Origin: Paramecium tetraurelia
Lineage: Eukaryota
Direction: 5' to 3'
Assembly: GCA_000165425.1 (NCBI GenBank)
Contig: CT868474.1
Coordinates: 372,001 to 436,000 of the forward strand
DNA: 64,000 nucleotides
The notes under the pieces are model-generated. The model worked only from the letters and a program-made list of their open reading frames with translations. It was not told the DNA's origin and ran no database searches. Shown piece by piece: positions 1 to 12,873 of the stretch; position 1 is the stretch's first letter, and each line of letters begins with the position of its first letter. The translations under genes and the position numbers were made by a program.

Positions 1-1823
1 ATATATCTACTGATTGGATTTTAAATAATAAGTAAAACTTGCCTGATCCGCATACGATTAAGTTGTAATAGTCAGCATCAAATTCCTTTTCATTTACGAA
101 TCCCTCCTCATCTTGATAACTCTACAATTATTGAATAAATTCTTAATCATTAGCTGACCATTTGTATACTTTCTTGTCATCTGACAACAATAAAAAACAT
201 TCATACTCCTCAGAATAACTGTATTATATTATATAGATTGTCTCTTCCAATTCTATCACTCTTTCTGTGTCTATGCATTCCTTATCCTTATTCAAGGTCG
301 AAATCACAATCCTCTTTGGCAAATTAAACTGATATAAGGTTTATTACTCTAAGGCATAATAAAAATAAGGATTATTTAAGTCAGTGTAAATCACAACCAA
401 CACAGGTTTCCTGTTTTCTTATAATAAATATACATGATAACAATTTTTCTTAGATTCTACCATGATACATTTCATTATCAATAGATAGTCACTCTACTTT
501 CCTTCATTTAAATTATACAATTAAAAGAAGTCAATCAATTAATAACTATGATAATTTTATTATTAGAATTTAGTTTCCTTCTCCTTCGAAATATTCATGT
601 CTTTGTCCAAAAATTCGATTTTCTTAAATGTATTGTCCATATTTCTAAAGATCTTAAATCTCTATAGTTTCATCTCCACAATGAATTCTTGACCCACTCC
701 TTATTCTATCTCAATCTTCTCCATTATCCACTTAATCTTTCTGTTCACAAAATCCTACATCTTTGAAAACTCTCTATTGATATACTTAATGACAATTCTG
801 ATCAATTTAGCTAATAATTCCTTTGATTTCATTCGTATGTTGGATGTCTTGACCTCTTTGATCAATTCCGGACCCTTCAGCACTTCAGTATTATCTTTGA
901 AAGAATTCAGTTTTCTAAAAGCATGATTTAAGAAGAACTTAACCAATTTTAAGAAGTCGAACTCTTAAGGTGAAAACTTCAACTGCAATTATTAATATAA
1001 ACCATTTTCAACACTATCTTTGAAATGCGAGAAATAATGAGTCATTGAAAACATCACATCCTTATTTATTTTTTAAACATATTTTCTTTCTAAGATTGGA
1101 TTCGGGAATTCTAATTCCTCGTTTAATCTCCCAAATAACATGATGTTCTTCACCTAGTCTTAATAATAGGATTCCACTAGCTTAAAATACTCCTCCTATT
1201 TTAGATCATAAAATAGTATAGAGTTCTACGAATTCTTATAATATAAGTTATAATTTTAGATTTGTTTTATGGCTAATTTCTACTAGACTTCAACACAACG
1301 ACAACTATTAGAATTAATTTCTTCCGATTAATAATTCTACATTTTGTTCCTTAAGAGTTGACTATCCTTAATCGGAATCCATTTCTGAAGTATTTTTTCA
1401 GTCGGTAAGATAATAATGTTCTAGCATAAATCAATTAAAATTCTATTTCAAATAAATTAAATACCTAAATAAATTAGTTTCAATTGATTCCACAACTTAA
1501 TCAACCTTTTTATTTTCAGGTATTAGATAACAGAACACTAATAAACTATCCAATTTGATCATCCCAATACAGGCTTAAGTATGATTCGATAGTTCAACAT
1601 CAAATTAAAGGTTAGCATTGTATCTTGTTGTCATATAATTAATTATTGTTTCTAAATATCCGTAGAGTCCAAGAATGTTTAGGGCTTTATCTTAATCAGA
1701 CTTTAATTAATTTAATAGTTATTTAATGTTCGATTTAATTTAAATCTTATCTTCGCTATACTCTTCAGTAAGATCTTTTTAAATTGTAAATGCCGTCTCA
1801 AAGTAAAAGGGCTGAGAGTTCAT
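1..1823 (-). CDS. Hypothetical protein (3' end runs off the window start)
   Basis: Code-6 frame from ATG 1823 (MNSQPFYFETAFTIQKDL...) stays open across short GT..AG introns to position 1 and includes track ORF 755..946. No family recognised. Confidence 0.7.
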
Positions 1824-1946
1824 GTCTAAATAAATTCAGGATTTGATAATAATATTGGAAAATAAAAAAATTGTGGATTTGATTAATTCCTGATAAAAAT
1901 TAGACATGATTATTTCTGTAAATATAATAATATTTATTTTATAAAT

Positions 1947-2200
1947 ATGGGATATTAAGCATATTCGCCTCCTATCGATACAAAGCATTATAGTAATTTA
2001 GCAATTGTACTAACCTTTATTGGATTCTGTTTCCTATCATATTTTGTCATGTACAACGAATTAATTACCTTAGATACCAAATTACATAGAATAAATAATA
2101 AAGATCATTGACTAAAGAATTATCAGTAGGATTATTTGCTTCATTATTTTTATCCTCTGGAACAATGTTTAGTTTTTTAGCATTAGGATTGTATTTTTGA
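1947..2200 (+). CDS. TMEM258: Oligosaccharyltransferase small subunit TMEM258/Ost5 (UPF0197)
   Basis: MGYQAYSPPIDTKHYSNLAIVLTFIGFCFLSYFVI|YQITQNKQQRSLTKELSVGLFASLFLSSGTMFSFLALGLYF*, with a 23-nt intron at 2051..2073. Two TM helices and the YxxP...KEL...ASLF...G.Y pattern of TMEM258. Confidence 0.85.
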
Positions 2201-2240
2201 ATGAAAATTATATATACAATTTAATATAGATTTCAATTAA

Positions 2241-4027
2241 TCAGATGTCTTCAAAGTCCCATCCTGATAATTAATTATTCTCCTCTTATTATTAACCAAC
2301 CTAATCAAAATCAATGATATTATCATCCAAAGGTGTTTCTTCCTTCAGAATAACTTATTTTATTTCTTGATAAGTATTGATTTATACTAACACATCATTC
2401 AAATCATCATCAAATTATAGATCTGGTGTATCTTAATCATCTGTTTATTTTTATTACTCTTATAAGTCCTCCATTTTAATCAGTTGGGTTTATTAAGTTA
2501 TGTTTTATCCTTACAACTCAGGATTAAGATCTGATAGTTTTAAAGATAATATATTTTCCTTCTTTGTGCTGTCATCTTCTATCTAACTCTCTCCCTCTAA
2601 ATAAATGTTTTACTATTAAATTTAGTTATTATTATTTTCAATAGATTCATTGGCTGGTTCTTCTGATAACAATTCTTAATCTTTTCCATTCTGAAAATCA
2701 ACTCCTTATCCATCATTATTATTATTATTATTATTATTCACACTATCATTCTCATCTGCATACTCACTTTTAGCCTCACAATCATTAGTTTCATCTATAA
2801 TTTTTTTATAAGCAAAGTTATGATTATTATTTTAATTTTCTAGATGAGATTTCTATGAATTAATTACTTATTTTAATTATTCTGAATCTGCTTGATGTTG
2901 TAATTACATTTCTCGAGATTAAGATTGGAGTAATTAAAATTCAGCATCTTTTAAGGATAAAATCTTATGGAATTATTATTTTTCTTGAAGTAATTAATTT
3001 TAAGAAGATCTCAACTATTTTATCAGCTTGAGATTTGATTAATTTTGTGTTTCCATTTCTTCCAATTCTTTTCTTTAACCTATAAATACTTATAATTAGT
3101 CCAAGATTTAATTATTAAAATTATGTATCCTATTAAATTGAAATTTGAAAGATTATTTAATCTCAATTAATTGGTTAATTGATTATTTTATTGAATTTAT
3201 CTTCTTCCTACAATTTTATTTCAAATTTAAATATCTTATCCGAAAATTCTCTTTTTAAATATGATTTTATTGTAATTATTACATCAGATGATCAACTTTT
3301 AATTCTAATTCCTTTTATTTAACTTTTTATTCTTTTATTATATTGCTAGAATTAATAGATAATGCTTAATTTTCTTAAATTAATTTCATAATAATATCTT
3401 AGTGATTATCACTTTAATCAATTACACTAGATAATTTAAATAATTGTTGTGTTTCTTATAACTTCTTTTCGAATTCGTTTCTTTGAACCATAAATTATTT
3501 TACATTTAATTCATATTCAGCCAATTTTTATCTTAAATTAAGTTCATCGCGAACTCTTTGTTATGTAATCCTTTATTCTAATTCATTTCTATGTCATATT
3601 TACAAATTACTTTTCAAGTTCAAAAAGTCTTTGCATATCAATGACTTGTTAGACACTGGCAAACAATTTATAACTTTAATTAACAAAATTGGGATAATTG
3701 GAAGCATTCTTGTTATCATCACCAAAAAAACCATAACAATTTTATTCTAAATTTTAAGAATTATTTTCTTCTACATTTTCATTCCCTTATTAAGTTTAGT
3801 AATAAGCATTTGCCCAATTATTTTGTTTATTTAATTCTAATTGTTCTTTTGAATATTGTTTTAATCGTTTATTACTCTAAACATTCTCTCTAAAATTTTA
3901 ATTTTTATTACAATATATCAAACTTCTATTCTGATTTACATTCCATATCTGTAATTTTTAAACCTTAGTTGGTCTAATTGGGGCTTTCAAATTATTTGAT
4001 TGCTTGATCAAGATTAGTTAAATTCAT
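2241..4027 (-). CDS. Hypothetical coiled-coil protein with acidic, poly-Asn C-terminal region
   Basis: MNLTNLDQAIKQFESPNQ... Q/E/K-rich, ending at TGA 2243..2241. Confidence 0.7.
2714..2738 (-). repeat. (AAT)n microsatellite encoding poly-Asn
   Basis: attattatt... on the + strand; reads DSVNNNNNNNNDG in the minus-strand frame. Confidence 0.75.
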
Positions 4028-4219
4028 TATAAAAATATTAAATTTACAGAATTACGTTATAATAAATAATTTACTTAAAGAATAAGATTAAATTATATCT
4101 TTATAAGAATCTATTGCATATTATTCTCATTTGGTTTTGAGTATTGTTATTAACATATGAATCAGTAAATATAATGGAATTTGAAATTTGATATTAATTA
4201 TAAATGATTGATATCATAC

Positions 4220-7200
4220 TCAAACAGATTGTATTAAATTACTTAATAACTCTTATTGTTATTGATTTAATAATTATTGAATTGGCAATTATTACTTGAC
4301 AATCGGATTGCTATAATAGGTTTTGAATTAGGCACTAAACAGTTTATCTTCATCATTCAATATTTTATCAGAAGTCTGTTATTTTAATATATAATATTAC
4401 ATTCCTAGCAATAACAGGTTTCAATGGTTGGAATCCAGAACTTGATGTCACCTCTCTATCAGTTACTCTTCCCATAAATTTAAGTGGATTTCTTTTTTTG
4501 AGCGTGATGTTTTCAACCATTGACTAGAAAATAAGATTCCATGATTATTAAGTTAAGAATCTAAAGTATAAATATGAATAATATACGTTCCAGAAAACAA
4601 TAGAGCAATTAACATTGTGAATATTAATTTTCTCTCATTCCTTTAAGAAATAGACTTAATGATGCCTAGTTCATTAATTAAAAAGCTCTCTAACAATTGA
4701 GGAGATATCTTAGAGCATTCATTCACAAGTACTTCTACTCCATAAGATGTAAAGACATGAGCTAATAATAGAAATACTTCCTTATTGATTAATCTCTAAC
4801 TCAAATGGGTTGCCTTTGATTTTGAAGATATTTACGGTTAGGTTTGCTATTGAATTTGGTATTACTCAAAAATGATAGTTAAAACTATGTTTGTCCATTG
4901 TGAATTAGATTTGATTAGGAATTTGGATAGTTCAGTGTATGATGGTGTACTGTGAGCTACAATTGATTTTAGAATTGCTTGTAATTAAGGTGTTGGTAAA
5001 TTAGTTCCTTAGAATCCAAATTAAAAGAATATGATATATGCTTGAAACAAGGAGGAGTTAGACTCATTCCAATTTTAAATTTCAAGGAAGTTCTGTAATA
5101 GATTTTGATAATAGGAAGATGCATTAGTTTGGACTTACAAGAAGAGTGAATAAATTTGTAAGACAAAATTGGTTACATCTCCCTTATTTTCTCTTAGCAA
5201 TTCATCTAATTGATTCAAAATACTTTATTGTAATTAATTGGCAGCTTCAGAATTCTTGGCTATTATGCACACATCAACTACACTAGCTATTACCTCAAAC
5301 ACCAAATGAACATTCTAAAATTCATATTCCAACTTGATGTTCTTCAATAGATCTTAAAGTAAATTGCATAATGCAGCAATAGCGTTGAAAATCTCTGACT
5401 TCAATAAAGCAATAAGTGAGTTAGCTAGTTTCAAACTATATGTTTCTAATTTCTATTATTATTTAATATTGTTATAGCAATCAGTCAAAATCAATTGCAA
5501 ATATTGGGAAATGTTGACATTTTCAAAGTATAATTAATGATTAGTGTAGTTTTTGACATCCTATCTTACATTGATTAATGAATATGCTGTATAGCATGCA
5601 ATGTTTGATAAAGTAGTCTTCTTGCTTAATTATAGTTTTGAGACTAGAGTAGCAAGAGTTGGTAATTCAACTTTATCAATCACATTTCTGAAATAGAATA
5701 AGTACCTGCAATAGAATGCTAATTAAATGGGAGTGAACTTAGATTCAACTGATTAATTCTACTATTACATTTCAAATATCTATCCTAGTTTAGGCTTCAA
5801 ACAGTGAGTATAAAAACCAAGAACATTTTCTTGTGATAAAATGATATCTATAGTTCCATCCTTTGAAGTGAATGAACTTGTACTGGCTTCAATAATTAAA
5901 TTAATGAGAATTATTTCATTATCGATTCCATTCATTCCTGATTGAATGTAAGCCTATCTAATCAATATATTATATAAGTCTTTACAGATATTCTTGAATG
6001 ATGAGATTAACCTATTGATTAAAGTGTTTAGTAACTGTCTTGAAGAGTTCCACAGCTTAAGCCCTTCTAGATTCTAAGTCACTTTACTCGAAAAACTTCT
6101 CAATGAATTCTTATGGTTCATCTGAAAACATTCCAATTTCGTCCTCTAATAAAGAATATTAAGACTTAATTACTGGACAAAGACAGATTCCTTATAATTA
6201 GACTCTCTATTAAAATTTTGATGTTCTACTCAAAAAAGGCCTTCATGTCCTACCAAGCAATTAAAGTCTTAAAATATCTCAGAGCACATAAAACAATCTA
6301 AAATATAGTTGATTTAAAGAACCTTGTCACTATCTCTTCCAGTGCTAGTCTAAGTGCAAACATTCCAGATTTCACTTGAAAACACTTGGATCAGATCTCC
6401 GAAATCATCACGATATTTCATTGCATACAATAACACACATTTAAGAGCTTCACCCTTGCATTTGAACAGGAATTGCTCAACTCCTTAGACTGGTTAGAGA
6501 CGTAACACGACCTTCATAAATTCCATCCAGGATTGGAGATTATCTTCGAAATTGGGATGCAAGTCCTAAATAATTATTATTTTAAATTACTTAAAAATTT
6601 AAATTGTAAAACACTTTTAGTAATGTCTTCAGAATTTCATATGATAATTACAGATTTTGAAGAGCTTCTATTTATTGTATCAATGATTTAGCCAGCAATA
6701 ACAAATTGTGATGGATTGTGTCGCATGTTATAATGATTTCTTCATACAGAGGATCGCTCCTTGATTGATAAACATATTTTTCAGTCAATTTGTATATGAG
6801 TTTCACTGTTTTGTATACATAATCTGGATGAGTTAGGAATTGATTTAAATCAGCCATAAGAGTAGGCCATTGAGTAGGAAAGTCTCTTGAAGCCACATAA
6901 ACAATTGCATCTTTTAATTAATGAATCAATGGTGCTTCAGACACAATGTAAGCACTTATTATGTGTTGTTTGATGACTTGCACTACAGGTTGTACGTATT
7001 GAGCTTAGTAGTCATCAAAATTACGATATTCCTTAAACCATAATTTTAATTCGATTGCCGCTCGAAGCCCTAGACTTATTTCGTAAGCTTGGAAATAATC
7101 AAATAACACTTTGGGATATTGTATATCACCTCTTATTTGTTATAACAGTTGCTCTCCTTGTCTTATTTTATCATTAGTGCCCATATTAATGAGTTGGAAT

Positions 7201-7241
7201 GCAGTATTCAGGTCATTCACTATATTTGAAGTGACAATCAT
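4220..7241 (-). CDS. CSE1: Exportin-2 / importin-alpha re-exporter (CSE1/CAS)
   Basis: Importin-beta N-terminus (LRAAIELKLWFK), ASRDFPTQWPTLMADL, and FYNLNFQDLHPNFEDNLQSWM matching the Cse1 motif; several short introns; TGA at 4222..4220. Confidence 0.9.
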
Positions 7242-7293
7242 AAATTTTAATTTAAAATATTTTATTAAAACCATTATAGGGCATGGTATTTAA

Positions 7294-8560
7294 ATGTATT
7301 AACTCAAGGAATCAAGAAAATTATCAAATACAGAAATGAAAGAATGTCTTTAGATATCAAAATCAGAATTCCTTGAATAAATCAATCTAGAATGTTCTGG
7401 TTGCATATCAGCCCTTAAAGATTTCATCACCCTAAATCGGAAAGACTAGTTTATTAGCATAGACCAAGACATAAAATTGAATGATGATCTAATCAATTCT
7501 CAAAGGATATTCAAGACCTTTGCAAAATTATAAAGTTTTGGAGAATCAATAAAATCTATAATATCAAGCATTTTCAAAAAGACAGCTCCACAAAACAATA
7601 AAAAGAGGTGTTAATTACACTCGTTGAAATAAAACCCAGAAATCAACATCTAAGAACATGTTCATTATATTTGCAATGAAATTGTGAACCAAAATGAAGA
7701 TTGTATTATCTAAGATAAAGAATTTGATTATCATTTATAAGTAATCACAAATTAATTGGATTTAGAATTATTTGAAAACTAAAAAATTCTGTCCATCTTG
7801 TAAAGAAAATATTTAGGCGGCTTTAAAGCATTTTAAATTATAAGTACCTTAACCTGATTGTGCATGCAGTATTATTTGTTTTATAAAATATGATCACTTG
7901 AAATGTGAAATCCACATTCCTTATGATGTATAGATTATCTTATATTCTCAGCCTATCTTATTGAATGCATTATTGAACAAGGCACAAATACAACCATTTT
8001 ATTAACACGCTTCAACAAAAGAGGATGCTTAAGAAGAGTTATTAATTTGCATTGGACTATTAATAAAAGATAGGTTGTCATCTCTCTACAGAGAAACACA
8101 AACTTAAGAAATTATTAAATATATTTTCTACTAATAAATAGGAGAAATATTCAAAAGAAGATTAGAAAATTATAGTAAAATGAAGGGAGAGCACAAATCC
8201 TAATTGGAAGAGTTGGAATAGTACTTAAAAAAAGAAGTTGAGTAGAAGGATAAATAAAAAAAGAAGAGACAATTAAAGAAATAGAAGAGAAAGGAACAAT
8301 AATTAAGTTTTGATGGGTCAGTTCGTGCAAACTATCTGTAAGAATCTTCTCGAAGATCGATTTCTCCCTCTAATAGTGAGAAAAATCTGTTGAAGTCTTT
8401 TGGTTGGTAAGGTAGCCCATCAGTTTCTCCATAAACAAGAAAGGAATTAGAGTTCTTGTAAAAGGAACATTTATAAGAAATAAACAATAGACGAAAATAA
8501 TTAAGAGAATAAACTAAATAATGTTGGTGTGAATGGTGTCACCATCATAAATAAAAATGA
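7294..8560 (+). CDS. GGNBP2: GGNBP2/ZNF403-like protein
   Basis: Motifs in GGNBP2 order: CSGC, NKKRCQLHSL, LQNYLKTKKFCPSCKENI, EIHI, HASTKEDAQEELLICIGLLIKDRL, Lys-rich KKKRQLKKQKRK, C-terminal helix. Introns near 7741..7765 and 7928..7951. Confidence 0.75.
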
Positions 8561-8655
8561 TAATTATGATTTACATATTCATATGTGCAATTTTAAATTT
8601 AATCATTATACTTTCTTTGAATTTATTATATTGATTATTAATAAAAATATAATTA

Positions 8656-9352
8656 TCAGTGTTTGATGGCTGTGCGCTTTTCAACAATGCCATCATATCT
8701 TAATACTAATTCTTTGTGTTATTCTTCTTCTACTTTTAATTCAATCAACTTCTTCTCCAACACATTCTCTAATTATGTGATCAACTATTCATATTCCTTC
8801 TACATTTATAGTATTTCGTTATCAGTTTTCCTATTAACTTAATGAAGAATTTCTTATCTAGTCTTATTCCGAGCTTGTTTTCTCCAACTAGTAAATATTT
8901 ACCTTGGTACTCTCAATCTAAATTATTCTAATTAATTAATACTTGGAGTAACTAGCTGCAAATATCTTCATCCTGCGAATATAAAGTTAGTATTTTGTTT
9001 ATTGTCTGAGTGCTTTGAAGACTCTTTTTTATAAATTTTCCATATACAACCTTCTAGCTATTGAATATGAAATTCTCAATTTATGATGAATATCGCCCTT
9101 TGTTTTTGTAAAATCTAATTTCAATTTGATTCATATACTCTTAAATAAGTTCTCAAGTATTTGTAATTACTCCTATGTATCATTGTATCCATCATCAACC
9201 ATGGTTAGATTTCCTGAATACATTTCTTCTGTGAATTTTTTAGTCTGTTCTAAGAATGCCTAGACTGTCTTTTCTGACCACTCATCCAATAATGATTTGT
9301 TTTTTTTAGTATACTCATAGAGAACTTTAGTCTTTAATTGAGTAGTGTCCAT
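8656..9352 (-). CDS. Hypothetical coiled-coil protein
   Basis: MDTTQLKTKVLYEYTKKNKSLLDEW... open in code 6 with a short intron; TGA 8658..8656. Confidence 0.7.
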
Positions 9353-9436
9353 TAACGATTTAATTTAAAAACTAATTTTATAATAATGTTTGGAAAATGA
9401 AAATAATATATTAGAATATTCATTAATTAAGAATTA

Positions 9437-11256
9437 TCATTACCCACATTCGAATTTGAATTCGCAGTTTTTGATTTCTGTCCCATCCTTATTTGTAGCA
9501 GTAGCATAAATACAAGTATTGCCAAACAGAAGTGTAACCTTAACAGTTTTATCTTCAACAGATTAGAGTGGTTTCCCGATATCAATACACAATTCCCCTA
9601 ATTATTGAACTCCTTGTTCGTCAACAAATTCCACTTCTCTCTTCTCAGTCACATAAAAGATTATCCTCATTATAGTTTACCTCGATCTGACTGGACAATA
9701 TATTTTAGTATGTACTTCATCACAACTAAAGAATGATATTTATATTATACCCAACAGCATCTCCTTTTCTCACAAATGCATCAAATACATCTTCACTAAA
9801 TTCCTCTCCTTCAATAATAACCTTCTTTTTTATTGGATGTCTCTCTGCATCAAAGGTTGTTAGAGTATTGATCCCATATGTCTTTTTGGCTATCCTACTT
9901 GTAATAGATCTTGGACTCAAACCAAATAGACATGCTCCTCTAATTACTGAAACCTAAGGGCGTCTAGGAACCAAAATTTGAATTGCATTATTCTCAAATC
10001 TTTTTATGATTTCTGATTTCAAAAATGGAGATTCACTGAATCCCCCAACCATAAAAATGAAATTCACTTTCTCTTTTTTCTGTTCAACCTATTATAAGAG
10101 TTGAGCAACTTTGTTTTTTATGTTTTCAAAGAGAGTCTAAAAGAATGATGCCATTAAAGATGATGGAATTTCTACATTAGAAAGCCCTTTCAATTTAACC
10201 TAATATTCTGCAGCATGTCTTGAATTGTGTTCTTTAACTAATTGTGTTAATTTGGCAGTATTCAATTCTTCACCCAAATATGAGAATTTAATCATGCATC
10301 TTTCATCCTTACTTCCTTTAAACTTCCTCTTTAGAATTTCAAAATCTCTCAATATATCCAATCTTGCTATTGCATTCTACTAATAACATCTAAATAGTTT
10401 CTCTCCCAGAAATTCTTTTAAAAATTCTTCAAAATAGAGATCTACATATTTTGATCCCCATTCGCATCCTCCTGAAGATGGAATCAATTCATTGCATAAG
10501 AATTTCTCACTAGGTTCACATAACAATTTATGAACTGTGATATCCACTGTGCCACCTCCACAATCAAGTACCATAACCACTGAATTCTTGCCCATTTATT
10601 CTTTTAATGTATGTTCCGCATCTTCTCTGCATTAAATTGATGCTCCTTCTGGTTCTAAACACAATAATAAATTAGAAGAATTGAGATTTTCAACAATCCC
10701 TGCTTCTACTGCTGCCTTTCTCATAAATTATTTATGTTCTTCACTCCATAATGCAGGAACTGTCAATACCCATCTAATTTTAGTAGATATCACCTTCCCC
10801 ACTTGTTCCTTCAATTTTTATATTGCTCTATTGCTAATGTATTTGAGAGTTTCCTTGATCAATAACATTAAAGGCAACTCTCTATTATCAAGTGACCTTG
10901 CTTGATTGTGCATATGGTATAAATGCATTTTATACTAATGAACTTAAATGTTAAATTACATTTTAAAACAGATATGCCGAATCACCGTCATCCAATATAC
11001 TGGCGTATTTTTAAAGAGCTTGTGATCCAAATTCGATAAATTAACCATTGTTATCAAATAAGATAGCTGTGGGGGTTTTTTGATCATCTGAATCATCGCA
11101 AGGATTAAATACCTCAATTCTTGGTTTGCCCTCCTTATCCAAAACTTTTGGAGCTAATCCAAATCTAAATTAATTTAATTCATACCCTGATGCCCCTGTA
11201 CCAAAATCTATTGCAATTACATGAGTGAATGCTGTATCGTCCTTTAATAAGGCCAT
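9437..11256 (-). CDS. HSPA12-type atypical Hsp70 (actin-like ATPase fold)
   Basis: VIAIDFGTGASG, KTPTAILFD, RWVLTVPALWSEEHKQFMRKAAVEAG, LLLCLEPEGAS, MVLDCGGGTVDITVH, FMVGGFSESP, ITSRIAKKTYG; no EEVD tail. Confidence 0.85.
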
Positions 11257-11323
11257 TGTTATTAACTGCTTTCTTTATTTAAATTTAAAATATAAAATAT
11301 TCTTTTAACAGCATAATTTAAAA

Positions 11324-12203
11324 ATGAAGAATAATTATGTCAAAGAGAATTTCTCAAAACCTCAGGACTATCTGGATGGGACACAGGATGAATTAAAAAG
11401 CAAAATTAAAATTCTAATGAATAAATTACAAATCACAAAGAAAGAAAAAGAGATTTTGACAAAAGAAAATCAAAACCTGCAACTAGAAATACTACAGATG
11501 CAATCAAATCTTAGATGCATGGTTTCCGGATTTGCAAATACAAGCATTACATTTCCGATGGCAAATGAATTAATCAACTCAATTGCAGAATTTTACAAAT
11601 GTGAATGTTTTGATATTTTTTTTGATGTTCTTACTCAAGAATTAAACATGCAAGGAATTGTCTATTTTTTCTAAACTGCCATGTTGAGAATAGATAAAAT
11701 AATTAATGATTATTTTTCACCCTCATTCAAAAATATAATTGATGTAATTCTATTTATAATAACACACTTAAGGTTAGTTGTTTAACTACTATAGACGGAC
11801 CAATCCTCAATGTCTTGAGAAAGTCATTTCAAAGTAATTACAAATAGATTTATGAAAAATGTATGCTTAATTTAAGTAGTGTAAAATAAGAATTGCAAAA
11901 AACTCTAAAGCTAAAAAATGGGGATATGATAGAACAATTTTTAAGTATTACCACAATTTAATAGCGTTAGAGAAATTGTCAGAAATTATGTTTAACTGTT
12001 TCATCAGTGATCCCTCTCTATAATTCGATATTTAATCAATTGGACAAAGACACTAATTTAATTAAACAAAAAATGATCCAATTGATGGATTTCTAAAAAA
12101 TAAAGAGGAATGCATTATCTTAATGCCAGGAGTATATAAACATTAGGAATAAATGGCAAAGTCATTAGTACTATCATATTCCTATTAATTAGAAAATAAC
12201 TGA
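11324..12203 (+). CDS. Hypothetical protein with N-terminal coiled coil
   Basis: Track ORF 11324..11674 continues through TAA=Gln and two short introns to TGA 12201..12203. Confidence 0.75.
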
Positions 12204-12873
12204 GATTATATATAAATAAATCTTAATAATTAGATATAGATAAATTTTGTATTATTTTCAAAATATCTTTCATTTTATAAGTATCCATAATAATTAGGAC
12301 TCTATAAGCATTTTTCTAATTTTTCATTAATTTGAAATGCTTTTCTTTAATTATAAATCTTACAATGTATCTAAATAGCAGTTAGGTGAAGCAAACTCCA
12401 AAAAATGCACAGAAACCAATTATTTATTTGAGAAATAGAATGATTCTCATATTTAATTAGGAATTAAATATGAAAGGATATAATAGAATAATTTATATTC
12501 TAAAATGTTATTTTTGTTTATTCCATAGCTATTGTTAGTTTAAGTTTCTATATTTGAATTAATGAGTATGATAATCAATATTCACTTTGAAATAATGTAT
12601 TTTTAAGAGATTCTCTGTAATTAATGTTTAATGTTATGTTGTAATACCTATTGTATGACAGAATAATTTGAATAAAATGAAAATTAATAGCATCCAATAG
12701 CTATTACCATTTTAAACAGATAAGAGGATTAACGGTAACAAAAATTTTGAGTTGAGTTTGACCTCATGCTTAACCAGCATGATTTCCAGCTTATCATTTA
12801 TTCTTTAATCTGTACAAAATCAAGTTAAATCATTAGAAGTTTACATTATTAATTTTATTATATTTTTAACGGA

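Noticed and set aside
12210..12870. Relatively long spacer examined for tRNA or snoRNA
   Set aside because: No cloverleaf or convincing box C/D or H/ACA arrangement visible; a covariance-model search would be needed.
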